Shown here piece after piece: positions 11,881 through 24,790 of a DNA stretch of 64,000 bases (positions are counted from its first letter, which is position 1; each line of letters opens with the position of its first letter). Source of the DNA: Marsupella aquatica (Eukaryota > Plantae > Marchantiophyta); NCBI GenBank assembly GCA_973895155.1, contig OZ316899.1, positions 5,583,241 to 5,647,240 on the forward strand. The letters run 5' to 3'. The position numbers and the translations under genes were made by a program. Below the pieces are notes generated by a model that ran no database searches, was not told the DNA's origin, and was given only the letters and a program-made list of their open reading frames with translations.

Positions 11881-14800
11881 ATGGAACCCGAGCCAAGGCC
11901 GGAAGTAAGGACGCCGGGGGAAGGAACATGATTAGGGTTAGGGCACGCTAAGTGCTGGCGGGTATGGGTAACCAACGGGAAGGAAGACCAAACACGAGGG
12001 GGGTAAGGACTGATCGCAAGGAATGGTGGCTCATTTTGCAAGCACGAACTAAGCAGAAACTACGTGAAGCCAACTATTGTCAGCTGCTTAGGCAAACACT
12101 CTAGGCGGGAGCAGATACCGACTATCAACTCAAGAAGAGTATGAGCAATGTTAATCAAGCTGCTCATTTTTGGGGATGCCTGTTCAAACGGGCAACTGAG
12201 TACATTGGGACCTATGAGGATGAAGAATCGGAAAGAGCAGCTCGAGAACGGCAGGAGTTTGCTCGACTATGGGAGTTGCAAAAGTCTGCCTTCTTAGGAG
12301 GAGAACTCATCAAGGCTGAATTCATGTGGACACCTACTGGCGATGAGCTAGACGACCTTCTAGTTTGCGAGAACAGAATCGTCGGCATCCGGGAAGCCAT
12401 CAACCGCTGCAACAACATACACTGGGAGTTGAAGGGTAGCACGGAGGGGTGGACAAAGGCAACCGTGCTTGGAGAAACATCCACGGCAGCCGCTATGAAG
12501 AGGAAAGGGAACAACAATGAAGAGGCCACCCTTGCAAAAAGAACGAGGTTGGCGGTACCAAGGAAGCCAGCCAAGCAAGGAAGCAGGAGGCAGGAAGAAG
12601 CCAAAGAAGAGGAGGTCGACCCCATCAATGCAGTTCCAACAAGGGATGACACCTGGAAAGGCTGGGCGGCGACCCTCCCCGAGGAAGTGCAATTACACTT
12701 TGCACGTGAAGAGGATGCATGCTTTACGACTATGCAGACTCGAAAGTACTAGGGCTTCATGGCAGGATCCGGCTTGGAAGCCTTTGTAAAATTACCATGG
12801 CTGAAGTCGGAGGTGCCGGATTCAGACTTATTAGAATTTGTGGGATCATGGGAGTCCGAGACCAATTCCACAAGGGTGTATGGGAAGGATTTCTATCTCA
12901 CTCCCCGGGTGATTGCAAAGCGTTTGGCTTGCCAATAGGCAATAAGACCAAAGTTGAGACCAGGAAGACCTTGCCTGACAAGGAGTTCCGGTTGTTCCCA
13001 GGGCCATCAACGAAGAATGGCTTCTTTCAGAACACCTGCACCAACCCGCACATCGGAGAGATGATCAATTTCTTGCGGGTAACCATGCATTGTAACTTGC
13101 CAAGGCCAGAGATCGGCAAGGCACAGGTCTATCTGGCGGAGAGGCCAGACCCAAGCCGGGATTACAACGGGTACCTCCTCACCCAACCGAAGAAGATATT
13201 GAAGGAGGAACAGCAAGTGATCGGCAAGGGAAGCGTGTCCCGGCTTGGCTATCACATACCGCTGTTGTGCCAGTATGCCCGGAGTTAGATTTTTGCCCCA
13301 ATACTTCCCCTGCAGGCAAGGGCACCAGAGGAGGTTCCAGAACAGAGGCCGACAGCAGAGAAACCCAACCAGCCCAACAGTCATACGATCGAGCAGGTGT
13401 TTAGGCCAAGGACATAAGACTTGCCGATGCAGCAACCAGGCATGCAGAATCTGGTGAAATTGCTAGAGAAGGAGAAGAGGACGGCAACGGTACAGGACAC
13501 TGCCCCAGAAGTCAGCCTAAGCCGACTCATGAGGGAAAACCCCTTTACCAGAGCCAAGGAAAGAAGGAGGCCGGAACAGGAGCCGAGGGTTCAAATGTAT
13601 GTAGGAGCCTCGAGTCCCGAAGCTAAGGAAGAGCAGCCTAAAGCTCCTATTCGCGATAAATAGAGGGAGAAGACAGCCTGGAACTCGGAGGGGAACTAGG
13701 ACCTGTGAGTTATGATTGGCAAGAGGCCGTGTTCATACAAGGAGAGCAGCGGGGGGAATCGGTAGTGGAAGCCGGGGAGGTGGGTGGAGGACTACGACAA
13801 TAATGACTCCGACTACGGGTCGGACCATCATGTCCTAGGAGTAAGGACCTATGGCCATTTCATCCCCATGCTTCCAAGAGTAGTTTGAGGGGACCCCACC
13901 TAGCAGAGCAGCCCGGAGTCTCCCCCACCAGATGTCGCTCCCCCGAGCTTTGACGGGATAAAATAGATGGCACAGGAATTTCAGGAGTGACTTAGGGAGG
14001 AAGAGAAGGCAGCCCTAGCTAGGGAGAAAGATTTACCAGGAGGAGAATGGCCAGAGGACATCAGGCGGCTTGCAGAAAGACGGGGCAGCCCTCCAGCCAC
14101 AATAGAAGAAATAAGGAAGGCGGCTTTGGAACAAAGGCCGCGGTGGTTGATGCCAATGACTACTACTCACTCCACCTATGCTAAAGAAAGAGCCATGGAG
14201 TACGGGGAGATGTGTGGGGAACTTGCGCTCAGCATCTTTGGGGAGGAGTTGGAGCAGGGATCTTTTTTCCAGAGAGAGATGTTGGAAAAACTCTGATTGG
14301 AAGAAGCAGTGGCTTTGGAAAGAAGAAAGAAGGACGTGAGGTCATCCGACAACTTAGAGAGAAGGAAGCCGAGGCAGAGGACCTGAAGGCGGCCAAGAAA
14401 GCCCAAGTTGAGTTGCGGATTAAGCGGCATGAGCTAAACATCATGCAGAGGCAACTGGATACCGCTCAGTTTGATAATCAGATTATCAATGATAAACTGA
14501 CTCGGACCCAAGGGGAGTTGGCCAATGCGGTCAAGGAAAGGGAGAAGTGGAAGCGAGAGCTGAGGGGCGCAGAGGAGGCCCACATAGCAACCAACAATTG
14601 GGCCATGGCCGAGACCCAGAGGAGGGAGAGGGCGTTGAAGGGGGAGCTTGAGGATATCCGTGGAGCCCTTGAATTGAAGGAGGCTGAGTTAGGGAAATCC
14701 TATGAAGGGATTATTGTGCTGTAGCAGGAGCTTGCATCCCTGACGGCCAGCTTCAAGGCCGACCTGCGTGAGAAAGACGACCAGCTCGATCAGACTTATG

Positions 14801-15558
14801 CCAAGATGAACAAGATAGAGTCTGAGGTTGTGATAGAGCTCGACAAGGAGTTGAGAGCAACCCAGGAGGAGAGGGCTACCTTAAAGAAAGGATTGGAGGA
14901 AGCCCAGAAGGAGCTAGAGGAGGCGCGGAAGGACCTGGAGGAAACGCAGGAGGAGTTGGAAGAAAGCACAAGGAAGATGGAGAACTTATAGCGGCGGGTT
15001 GAAGAACGGAGCGGCTGAAGAAACAAGCCGCAATATTTAAGTGCTTGGCTTTATCAGTTCCAACTCCAAGTGGGGCAACCAAGTTGCCAGGGGTAGTACT
15101 GGCCGAAGGACAAGCCGCGACTCGCACCGATGCCGGAAGTAAGTGGCAAGGGGAAGGGACCAGCTGCCAAAACAGGGAAGAAGAAGAAGCAAAAACCTTC
15201 TGGGTCAGGGAGTCACACGGCTTCTCAAGCCGTCGTGACCACAAAGGAGAACCCGACACCAACCTCAGGCAAGGTCACGGCAGAGGATCCAACTATCCTA
15301 GAAGGTGAGGATAGCAAAGCAGAGGCCAGGACAATCAGTGATGAAGCTGGGGTACCGGATCCACCACTAGAGCATGTCGGGGAGGCTGTAGCCGTATTAG
15401 AGGCCGTGGCCGATACTGAAGCCGAGGGTGGACCTAGTCAGGCCGATGGAGAGTTGACTCGGTCTGGGGCAGGTTATCTGTTAGAAGGCGGACCTACGGC
15501 AGTGGCTACGGAGGAAGCGTTGGGGGCGTCCTTTGAGGATAAGCCACCGCTACCATGA
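11881..15558 (+). pseudogene. LTR-encoded long ORF (~1,225 codons), copy 1: plant-transposon-like domain plus long coiled coil
   Basis: From ATG 11881 (MEPEPRPEV) through ORF pieces 12141..12752, 13421..13663, 14212..14724, 14806..14991 and 15130..15558. Its disablements differ from those of copy 2. Confidence 0.8.
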
Positions 15559-15571
15559 CGGTGGTCGAGGG

Positions 15572-15593
15572 CCGCTCCTTTTAAGGAGGGCGG
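15572..15593 (+). promoter_or_regulatory. Putative LTR TATA-like element within a palindrome
   Basis: CCGCTCCTTTTAAGGAGGGCGG starts 14 bp after the ORF stop and is conserved in copy 2 (~47576-47597). Confidence 0.35.
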
Positions 15594-16459
15594 ACGTGGA
15601 GGGAGGAGGCGTGAGTGGGCAGGGCGGGCTCAAATCTTCAAGTTTAGACTTAGGATCAGGACCAAGAGGCGGCCCTAACACTTAGATTAGTGGGATTGCG
15701 GATCCGCTGGTAAGAGCAACACTTGTGCTACTGCCTTGCTGTACATAGGTAGATTACAGTTATGATAGATTAGACTTACGCTACAAGGAATTAGGTGGAT
15801 CCACTGCCAGGATAAGTACCTAGGCAGCGGGGAGTTCAGGGCCTTCTTCTTTAGCAAGTTTTTAGTGCACCAGCAGGGCTGGGATCAAGTAGTAAAAGAA
15901 GCTCTCGGTTAGTTATACTGTGACACTTGTGTATATTCATGTTTCCTCATGCCTAAGAGATGAATAGAGTTGGCCTCACGACTTAGTTTGCAGATCTTGT
16001 GTATGAGAAGTACTGTTTGTATGGCAAATGCATGGTATAACTCAGTCAGAAGGAGTCATTTTGCTATTTGTGTGTTGCATTAACTTGTTTGAAGAATGCC
16101 CACATCAACCAAGAGAAGGGAGTAAGCAAGATAGTAAGAGTTGGATGTGTCGAGCTAAGAGAGGTCTTAGCGGCTTACCAAGCGAGTTGGGGATCATTCC
16201 GGCGGCAAAATCCAAACATACCTAAAGGAAGACCTCGAGAGGAAGAGAAGGGAAGGCATAGAATAGGCCGGCTACGTATCTCATGACCCGATGAAGGATC
16301 TGTCCAGTATATGTGTGTAAAATGTTAGTAGTAGAAGGTTTAGCAGCGTCCCATGCCGCTAAGCCTCGGAACCGGCCTCGCCAAGAGCAAAATCTGTGGG
16401 AATCGGCTTGTGTAGGGGGGTTTCTTGGGTTTAGGGACCCATGGGACGCACCACATTTT

Positions 16460-16477
16460 TGGCGCTAGATGGAGGGG
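16460..16477 (+). promoter_or_regulatory. Primer binding site, tRNA-Asn(GUU) type
   Basis: TGGCGCTAGATGGAGGGG lies 4 nt after the LTR end. It has one mismatch to the complement of the plant tRNA-Asn 3' end as I recall it (TGGCGCTAGAAGGAGGGG). Confidence 0.8.
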
Positions 16478-16715
16478 GCATTTCTTAAGCTGTGAGATAT
16501 GAAGTTAGGAAGGAAGCATAGGTAATGACTGAACCTACGCCGAGGGAGGAAAGAGCGATTCAACGGGAGAGAGCTTGTCTGCAGCAGCTCGCCGGGTGGC
16601 ATGATACACAGCAATTGAGAGGGGCAAAAAGGGCTAGTAGCTCCATAACTGAAAGTGGCATCAAAGAAGAACATTAGAAGAAGAGTTGGCAAGGAGAAGT
16701 AAGTCCCCAACCGAC

Positions 16716-16896
16716 ATGGGGGAACCAGAGGCACGGCCAGACGAGAGGCCAGGGACCAGACTGAGCCAAAGGTCGCGCATTCATTACAAGGCATTTCATG
16801 GAAGAGGAGATGAGGATCCGGACAAATGGTTGGATGACTTCGAGGGAACCGTTGCAGCAAATGGAGAATCAGCCATCAAGATGCAAATTCTTCCCG
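16716..16896 (+). pseudogene. gag: Truncated gypsy gag N-terminus
   Basis: YKAFHGRGDEDPDKWLDDFEGTVAANGE is a typical retrotransposon Gag start (F.G...EDP..WL..FE). Similarity ends at ~16896. Confidence 0.75.
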
Positions 16897-18752
16897 ACAG
16901 ACATTGGTAAATAGGTCAGCAATAGGTCCTCCCAATGCCATAAGCCAAAACCAGAACTCACGCCCACTGTTCGTCCATAACAGCTCCTTCCTTGGGCACG
17001 GACTGGGTTCCCCCTCGTACCTATCCATCACCAAGTGACCGCCCTGACCGCAGGATATGCTCATGGCCCAAATAGCGTAGCTTGTCTTAAAGCTTATCCC
17101 AACACGTCGGGACCAGAATGGCCCGACTCTAGCAACCAACTCCCGATTTGCCTCATTGATGGTCTAGGGACCAAACATTCTTGGAATTCAACCTCCACAC
17201 CTACTTGGCCTTGCCTCCCCAACGCAAGCTCCCTTGGGAGACTGAACGCGGCTTGGCTGCTGTTCGACAGGATTTGGCAAGCGGGCGAGTTAACACCCAC
17301 AAACCCTGAGAACCCATGGTGCCCCAGACCCAACTGAGCTACGCCCTTGTTGAGAGCTTTCCAACGCACCCAAGAAGTCCTCCAACGGACTTCCCGTTGG
17401 GAAGATATCATTGTTTCCATTTGGCGCTTTCCCTTAGTGTCACGACCGCCGCGGCTCACGACTTTGGCTCGCCCTTAGCCCCCAGGGAGACATCACTCCC
17501 CTCATATATGCTTCTAGAGACCTGCCATATTTGGCCCCCAACCCAGATCCTATCGCGCATAATGGGCCGCCACCAACTGACAACGCCCATAACTTTCTCG
17601 TTAGGCATCCACAAGCGGAGTGCCTTAGCCCGTTGTGATTGGGCCGACCCAGTGCTCATGCCTAGGTCCTCAGGTCTCATTTCCGCTCGAGCCCCCAATC
17701 AGCCCAACCCGGATCGGGCCATAACTTGCACCCCAAGCATCCGTTGCCCATGGCGTCAACTCCATTGGCCTTGGGTCTGAGAGGAGATCACACTCAAGCC
17801 CTCAGAACTCAAAGTCCATCCAGAGGTCCGGATGGTTGTCCTTGAGCCCGGCCCATTTCCCCTTGACCCGACCAACTCTCAGCTAGTCCAAGTCCTTAGT
17901 GTGTGTCACCAGCTTGGCTCCTTGCCTTCGCTAGCACCAGGTCTCGTTGCCCATAAGTCTCCCCATGTTAAGTCCTCCCCAGATGGCCTATCCGGACCTG
18001 GACCATAAGGGAGCTTGGCGTTGGAGTCAGCAACGCCGGAGGTAAGTGTTAAGGTAGTTGAGTTTTGCGACTTAAGGCCAACAGTGCCAGCGGCACCTTC
18101 AGTGATCTTACCCAATTTTTAACAACATGCTTGCAATTGGGCTCACAAAGTCCGCAAACATTCCATGTTGACACTCTGATTCTTCCATCCATCCTCCCGC
18201 TATGCCCTGTTAATTCCTACCACAGACGCTACCCTCCACTGTTTCTTAGATCCTTGTACGTCCACCAAGAGACCACCCTATCATCTCCCGACCAATTGGT
18301 CCACTCATGTATCCACTGATTGATCATGCAGGAGAAACTTGCATGGGAGAGGCCAGATCAACCACCCTAACGCAGAGAGGAACACTCCCCTGGCTCATAG
18401 TTGAAGTCTCCCTCCCTCCTTGGAGATCACACCATGGCCTATTGTCCCTCTCCAGGCCGTCCCCGTAGCCTACATCAGACATAACACCTCCTGAGAATCT
18501 TAGTGATTGTCGTGGAGGGTAACTCACGGGTAGCACACAACCCAAGCAAAGATATTGCTATCTCTACTAGTTCATTCCATGGAAGAGCTTAGGGTGGGAC
18601 CACAAGTAGAAGATGGATGAACAAACTTTTTAGAAACCAAACAAAACCTCACCTCTATCATCCAAGAGGCTGGAGAGCTTTCTCCACTTCAAAACAACAA
18701 ACTACAACGACAAAACAACGAGACCTAACTCTCCACAAGGCCCCCTCCTCAT

Positions 18753-19049
18753 TGTTAGGAATTGACTCTAAGTTCCCGACTATAGTTAGTTTGGCCTTAC
18801 TAGGGTTAATTGACCCTTGGTTAGTTTAGGATAAGATCCACTTATTTAGGCCCACACATCTTAGTCCCCCTTGGGGGGTATAGGTTGGAGGGAGAGTATT
18901 CTCTCCCTCATTCTTCACATGTTCAATCTCATGAGCTATGGATCCTTCAGGAGTTTCTCCATGATCGTGGTGTCTTGTTGGTGTAGTGTGAGATTGAGTG
19001 CTCTCATGTTCTGCATTGCTGTCTAGTCTCAAGTGATGGTTTTCCTACA
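18753..19049 (+). repeat. Copia 5' LTR
   Basis: Direct repeat of 31335-31631 with TG..CA ends. Confidence 0.97.
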
Positions 19050-19051
19050 AG

Positions 19052-19063
19052 TGGTATCAGAGC
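19052..19063 (+). promoter_or_regulatory. PBS, tRNA-iMet
   Basis: TGGTATCAGAGC 2 nt after the LTR. Confidence 0.95.
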
Positions 19064-19712
19064 TTCGTGTTCGACATTCGATTGCCTGGACAGCCGTGAG
19101 AGTATTCTTTGTGTTGAATCGTGGTGACGGATTAGATTGTTCTCAACAATTTGTGTGATCGTGTCACTGGTCGTTGTGCGCTGGAGGTTTTGCGTTCAGA
19201 ATAAGTGACAGTTTCCCGATTGAAACTTCACATCAGAACTATCGGATGTGTCTCTAGTTTTCTGAATGTACTGTCAGGCGGACAATCTTGCGTTTCATTG
19301 TGCGCATTGGCGAGCACTTTGTCTCGGTGAAATTTTCACAGCGTTTCATCTGGCAAGTGTGGAGCAATATCGTTTTATGTTTTGCTGTTTGTAGCCTAAT
19401 CTCTTTGGCTATGGAGTCTTTGTGCTCGGCTTGATCTCTTACGGGGTCTTGGGTTGATGTTTTCTTGGGAAAACATCGATGTTCTTTTTTTTCTTTGTGG
19501 TTTTTTCTCAATATTTTCTTCGTTCACCTCTTGGGTCGCGTTGCGCAACAATTTGCGGCGACGCCGACAATTTGTGTGGTGGAGTACGAGTGCAAGTACG
19601 CAGCCGCCGGGCACTATAGCGGTGAGGTGTGGTTGTTACTTAGGGCAAACAGAAAATGACAAGTGAACAGTAATTTTGTCCAGAAATCACGCCGTGTTTA
19701 GCACTTGTTCTG

Positions 19713-19972
19713 AGTGGTGGTGAGAAATTTCTCCCACGAAACACTGTTTCGTCGCAGCTCAGTGGTGGTGAGATAGTCTCCCACGAAACACTATTCCGTC
19801 GCGGTTCATTGGTGGGAAAAAACAGTACCCACGGAACACCGTTCCGGGGCAACTTGGCGGTGGGAAAGAACAGTGACCCATGGAACACCATTCCGCGGCA
19901 GCTTTGCAGTGGGGAAAAACATGGACCCACGGAGCACCATTCCGCGGGTGCTTTGAGGAGGGAAAAAACCCT
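19713..19972 (+). repeat. ~47-bp tandem repeat (5+ units) in the copia 5' leader
   Basis: Units GTGG(T)GG(G)A...CCCACG(G)AACAC(C)..TTCCG.. start near 19713, 19762, 19809, 19856 and 19905. Confidence 0.85.
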
Positions 19973-20152
19973 TTTTTGGATAACTTTCTTCAAAAGCAGT
20001 TTTTTGCCAAATCGTTTTCAGATATTGGTAGTGTACCTTGTAGGCTACGCGGTGAAGCATTACAGTTCCACTTTTGCCAACTTTCATTTTTTGGTGATTG
20101 TGTGTAGAGGTATTTTGGTACTTGTGTTTCTTGTGTGTTTGTGTCAGCATCA

Positions 20153-20947
20153 ATGACTTCACAAAAGCTTGCGGCGCCAAAGTTTGAGGTGGAAAAGTTT
20201 GATGGGAAGGTCAGCTTTAGCCTCTAGACTCGGAAGGTGACCAATGTGTTGATCCAACAGGGTCTTGAGAAGACCATCACTGGAGTGAAGCCCTCGACTC
20301 TTACAGATGAGGAGTGGGAAGACATGTCGGTGCAGGCGTGTAGTACAATTGAGTTATTCTTGGCGAACAACATTCTCAAGAACGTGTTGGGGATGGATCG
20401 CAACGCCAAGAAGATTTGGGATACGCTTACTCAGCTATACCAAAGTACTTCATTGACTACTTGCATTTACCAGTTGGAGCGACTATTCAGGTTGAAGTTG
20501 CAGGATGGTGGAAACATGCGTGATCATCTTAGTCTCTTTGATGAGATTGTGCACGAGGTGACCACGGCGAGAGATAAGTTGACCGATGAGTACCTTGCAA
20601 TGCATTTGTTGATGTCGCTTCCGAAGAGCTTTTTGACGTTGGTAACGGTCATCACGCATGACAAGACTATGTTGAAGCTGGATGCGGTGAAGGCTACTGT
20701 TCTTGCAGAATAGAGCAAGCGACATCTATCTGCTCGTGATGATGAGTCTGCTGCCTTAATGGTTAGAGGTAGATCCACTGAGCATACTACGGATCAATCT
20801 AGATCTAGATCTTAGAATAGATCTAAATCTAAGTCCCATAGTAAGAAGGTTCAATGTTGGCATTGCCATGAGAAGGGCCATACCAAGTGGTCTTGCCCTT
20901 CTTTGACCAGGCAGAAGCGTCCTACCTCTGATTGGTGCATCTTCATC
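20153..20947 (+). pseudogene. gag: Copia gag (UBN2-type with zinc knuckle), cut by the CACTA insertion
   Basis: MTSQKLAAPKFEVEKFDGKVSFSL*...LLMSLPKSF...CWHCHEKGHTKWSC, with internal stops. Confidence 0.92.
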
Positions 20948-23900
20948 CACTAGAAGAAAACGGGGTGATTTAGACCAAACCACTTAAGACTGAGGTCACT
21001 AAGTCTTTTTTAAATACTACATACGACTACAATCTAGGGTAAAGGTCCACACAAAGACTAGGATAATACTGAGTCTTAAAAGGGTCCATGAAAAGAATAG
21101 TTTTTTCCCTAAGTGCTTAGGGAACCCTTGTTTTGCCAATGTTAACTTGATTGCACCTCAAAGATCCATGTAATGAATACTTTTGATAACAATAATTCCA
21201 CAAGAGGGGGGGTGGGGCAATTTTTTAAAACTTGTCCCTAACCCTCACACCAAATTGGTACCTTTGTTGCCTAAGTACGTCCACACTGTTCTCCTACATC
21301 ACTTCAGACTCTTGCCCAATTATCAAATTTAATGGCTCACCTCAACGAAAAATGGGCCCTGTACTCGCGTTTACATGCCTACTTGCACTAAGTCTTGGGT
21401 TTAGGATGAGTGTGAGGTCTCCTTGGTGCTCATAGCTAAGCGGGTTTTCATCAAGGTAAGTACCCACAGGATTAGAATCCTCACCCCCCGGTCCATTCTT
21501 TGTCCATTTAACCCTCTTTTGCCAATGACTCCAAATGTCCAATGGTTTTCAGAGGGTTTATGCTTGAGGAGGGTGAGTTTAAGGGTAGGTGTTGTTTTTT
21601 GCCATCTGGGTGACTTAGGATATTTATCTAACCCAATGACTATACCCAAAATATCCAACTAAAAGCCCCCCCCCCAAAAAAAAAATGCATGCACCCTTGG
21701 TCTTAGTTACCGTTTAATCCTAACTGTGAACTTACGTCTAAATGTGTTAGGTGCTTGCAGAATGCCTAAGAACGAGTCCTTCCAGTCGACTCAATGTTTA
21801 GGGTAAACGGATTTTGTAAAGGAAAATTGCACAAAGTGTCGACGGCTACCACCAGGGTTTTCCTTCACGTTTCTGCAAGGGAATCCAAGGCCAAACACTT
21901 TGCGCCCGATAATGCACTTTTCCTCAGTTGCTCTCGACTCTTGCACCTGATCGCACTCAGTCAATACATTTAGCGCTTTTGGAGGTGGGATTTCATGTCA
22001 TTGCGTAGGGCTTGGAGCTTCGACCTTTGCTATATGACCCATTGTCGACTGCAATCTCACTATAGGGTTTAGGTGGGCCCTAAATCTTACATTCGTCTTT
22101 CCTGTGGTGACAACGCGGGTGCTAAGGTGTATAGGAGCAAGGTTGTCGGGAGGTTTATCGTGGATGACTGGCGATTGGTGAGGCCTATTTGCATTCATCT
22201 CCACTATCATTGGGTACCCGAGATACAACGGTCGACCTTCTATACAGAGGCGAGGAAGTGACGAGAACCTACAACTCTTTGCGGGAATGCGCGGTCTTCT
22301 GCTTCCCTGATTGCCCTCATGCTTGACTGTAAATACATTAGTAAAGTTTTGCTTTGGCTCAACTTTGGTCTTTTTTGGCCTTGCGCGACTGCGCTCACTT
22401 CTCTCGGTTTCCAGTGTGCAGTTGGCTAAAGACCTGGATGTCATGCTGTGAGCGCAAGCTGCTAGTAGTTGTCCATAGCTTGGGGAAAGCGGTGGAGACT
22501 GAGGCCACAAAGGAGTTTGACCTGCGCTTTTTTTTCTTTGCAGCAAGAGCGAGAGTGAGACGAGTTGCAAATTGAGTTTCATTGAGCTGCTGCCCTGGGC
22601 TTGGCGGAGGTCAGGCTACACTCTTGTGTCGCTCACTTGTTCAGCTGCGGTGGGAGCGGGCTTTTGGTAGTGACCTGTTCAGTTGCAGTGGGAGCTGACA
22701 ACTTTGGTGGCTGTGGTGTTGAGCTTCTGAGGAGGGCAAGCAACTGCGTGATGTGCCCTTGAGTGAATGTCTCTTGGAGGAGCTGCAAAGTGGTGAAAGG
22801 GGAAGGAGGTGAGCTTGGGCCTGGAAGCAATCTGCTTCTCCAACATTTTTGCACAATGCAATGCTGCTCAATCGTTTATCCTTCCTCTAAAGCTGAGTGT
22901 GATGCATCGACCTTTGACGGGAGTATTTGCATTACAGTTTGCTACATATGGCTGCTCTCTGTTTGGCAATCGCCAATAGCTAGCGCAATGGAGGGTTCGA
23001 CGTCAACTTTGAGTCATAGATCAGTGCACACTACATCGCTCTCCCTTTGCTAAACCCTTTCTTTTGGCTTGGTTCTTGGTGCCTTTGGCATAGGAGCGAC
23101 GTTATTGCTAATCAACTCCCGAATCAACTTTGGAGGTGCGGGTTAGAAGGGGTTGGAGAGAGGAGGTCCAAACCGAGAATGCCCTTCACCGTCAACGGGC
23201 GGTAGCCATTGTTCCATCTTTGAGCCCCAACATGCTCAACAACTTTTGTGTGAGGCTATTCTAAGGTGAGAGTCTTACACTTCCACACATTTCAATTCTA
23301 GAGTGCGAATTTGTATATGTAATCTATAGTGGCTGGAATAACAAATTCCAAAAGCCAATTCTTTCCAGAGCTGGTGATTTAGGATGTTTAAGTTAAGCAA
23401 GCCACCTGAGCCCCCTTTCTGCGGACAGTGAAGCTACTGATTGAAGCGGATCTCTTGGCTGAACAGGGGACCTTGCGCCAAGGAGGGGGGAGTCACTTCA
23501 GAGAGATGGACGGACTCTGCAACTGAGCCCGTCTACTTTTCTTCCAAAAACTAGACTTTGCCGGAGTTGCAAACATCAATCAATCGACTACAAAGGCGTT
23601 GCAGCGCATCCAAGTCATTGGTGAGTTTCTCTAACATAGATCACAACTTTGATTGTTGTAGACCTCTAAGGTATGCAGTATGATAGGGATCCGAGTGAAG
23701 TTGTCCCAAAATTATCGTATGAACTTGAGTTGCCAACAGGTCCCATTAAAAATAAATGCCAGTATTCAAAGTTGTTGTCTGCCTGTCACTACGCTCTATT
23801 GGTAGTTGTGATATCTTGCAAGTACTTCTCTCCTTGTCTTGGCTGTTTTTCATGTGTTGTCAATCTGGTTGCCATGGTGCGTTGTAAATACTCGAAAGGC

Positions 23901-24790
23901 TTGAAGTGTGAAGTCTCTCGAAAGGCCTGCCAAAGGTATTCCTCTAGATTGCGATTGGACAGCACTTGAGCAATTGGAAGCTGGTCGTGGAAGAGCAGGA
24001 GTGGAAAACCTGACGCCTGCAATCTTGTAGGTATTTTGGAGCTTGCAGCTCGGCAATCCGGAATTGCACTTGAAATTCTCTTATGAATGTCCTATGTGCT
24101 TGCATTTTCAATTGCATGCTGAATTGTTTTTTCTGTCATGTTTTTGCCTATTCTTGCTTGTTTTTGCCTGTTCTTCCCTGCCTTGCTATATTGTCACTTG
24201 CATGTGGTTATAAGGTTATGTGGCCTCCTGGTGGTCATTATTTAGCCTTCTATAAGCTCCATCGATCTTGTAACTCGTCAACATTCTTTCATTCCCCTCA
24301 CGGCCTCCAATGCACCCACAATGTTGCTCTTGAACTCCATTGCCTCCTTAGCTCCTAAAACCCCTATTGCATGCGCTAAACCTGTAGACAATGTCCTTGG
24401 CCCGCTTCATGTAATAGACAGTGAATGCCTGCGAAACCTCAGCTTCCTTCCTCACTGTTACTGTCTGTCTAGTACCCTTAAGACGCAGTTTTAATTCTCT
24501 GAGCCCTTAATTCCAATGTTGTTACTCGGGCAGGGACTGACTACATCCCCTTAACATTGAGAGAGACATATGAACCTGGGGAGATGCAATATGATGAGGT
24601 TGATGATGTGCAATAGGCAGCGGCTGAAGATTCACTTTGATGAGGTTGAGGATGACTACATGCATAGAGTCACAGAACGGGAATTGCTTCCCAAAATGAT
24701 GTTTTGGTCATGTCCATATGCATGAAATTGATTGATACTTTGAATTTAGTGTGCTCATTTAGCCTGGGTTTGGTTGTGGATGCTGTGCAG

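Larger units (their letters stand above)
11765..16455 (+). mobile_element. 4,691-bp 5' LTR of a Ty3/gypsy element (Tat/Athila-like, non-chromovirus)
   Basis: Termini TGTGATGC...GCACCACA (8-bp inverted repeat, 1 mismatch). A second copy starts at the identical base (43733). Immediately followed by a PBS and gag. Confidence 0.85.

Noticed and set aside
16897-18747. Continuation of the giant-LTR element's gag-pol, or a LINE ORF2
   Set aside because: No PR, RT or endonuclease motifs in any listed frame. A TGTCACGACC at 17438 may start another LTR, but I found no partner end.
19713-19972. CRISPR-like array
   Set aside because: Contiguous degenerate units with no unique spacers, no cas genes, and a eukaryotic TE context.
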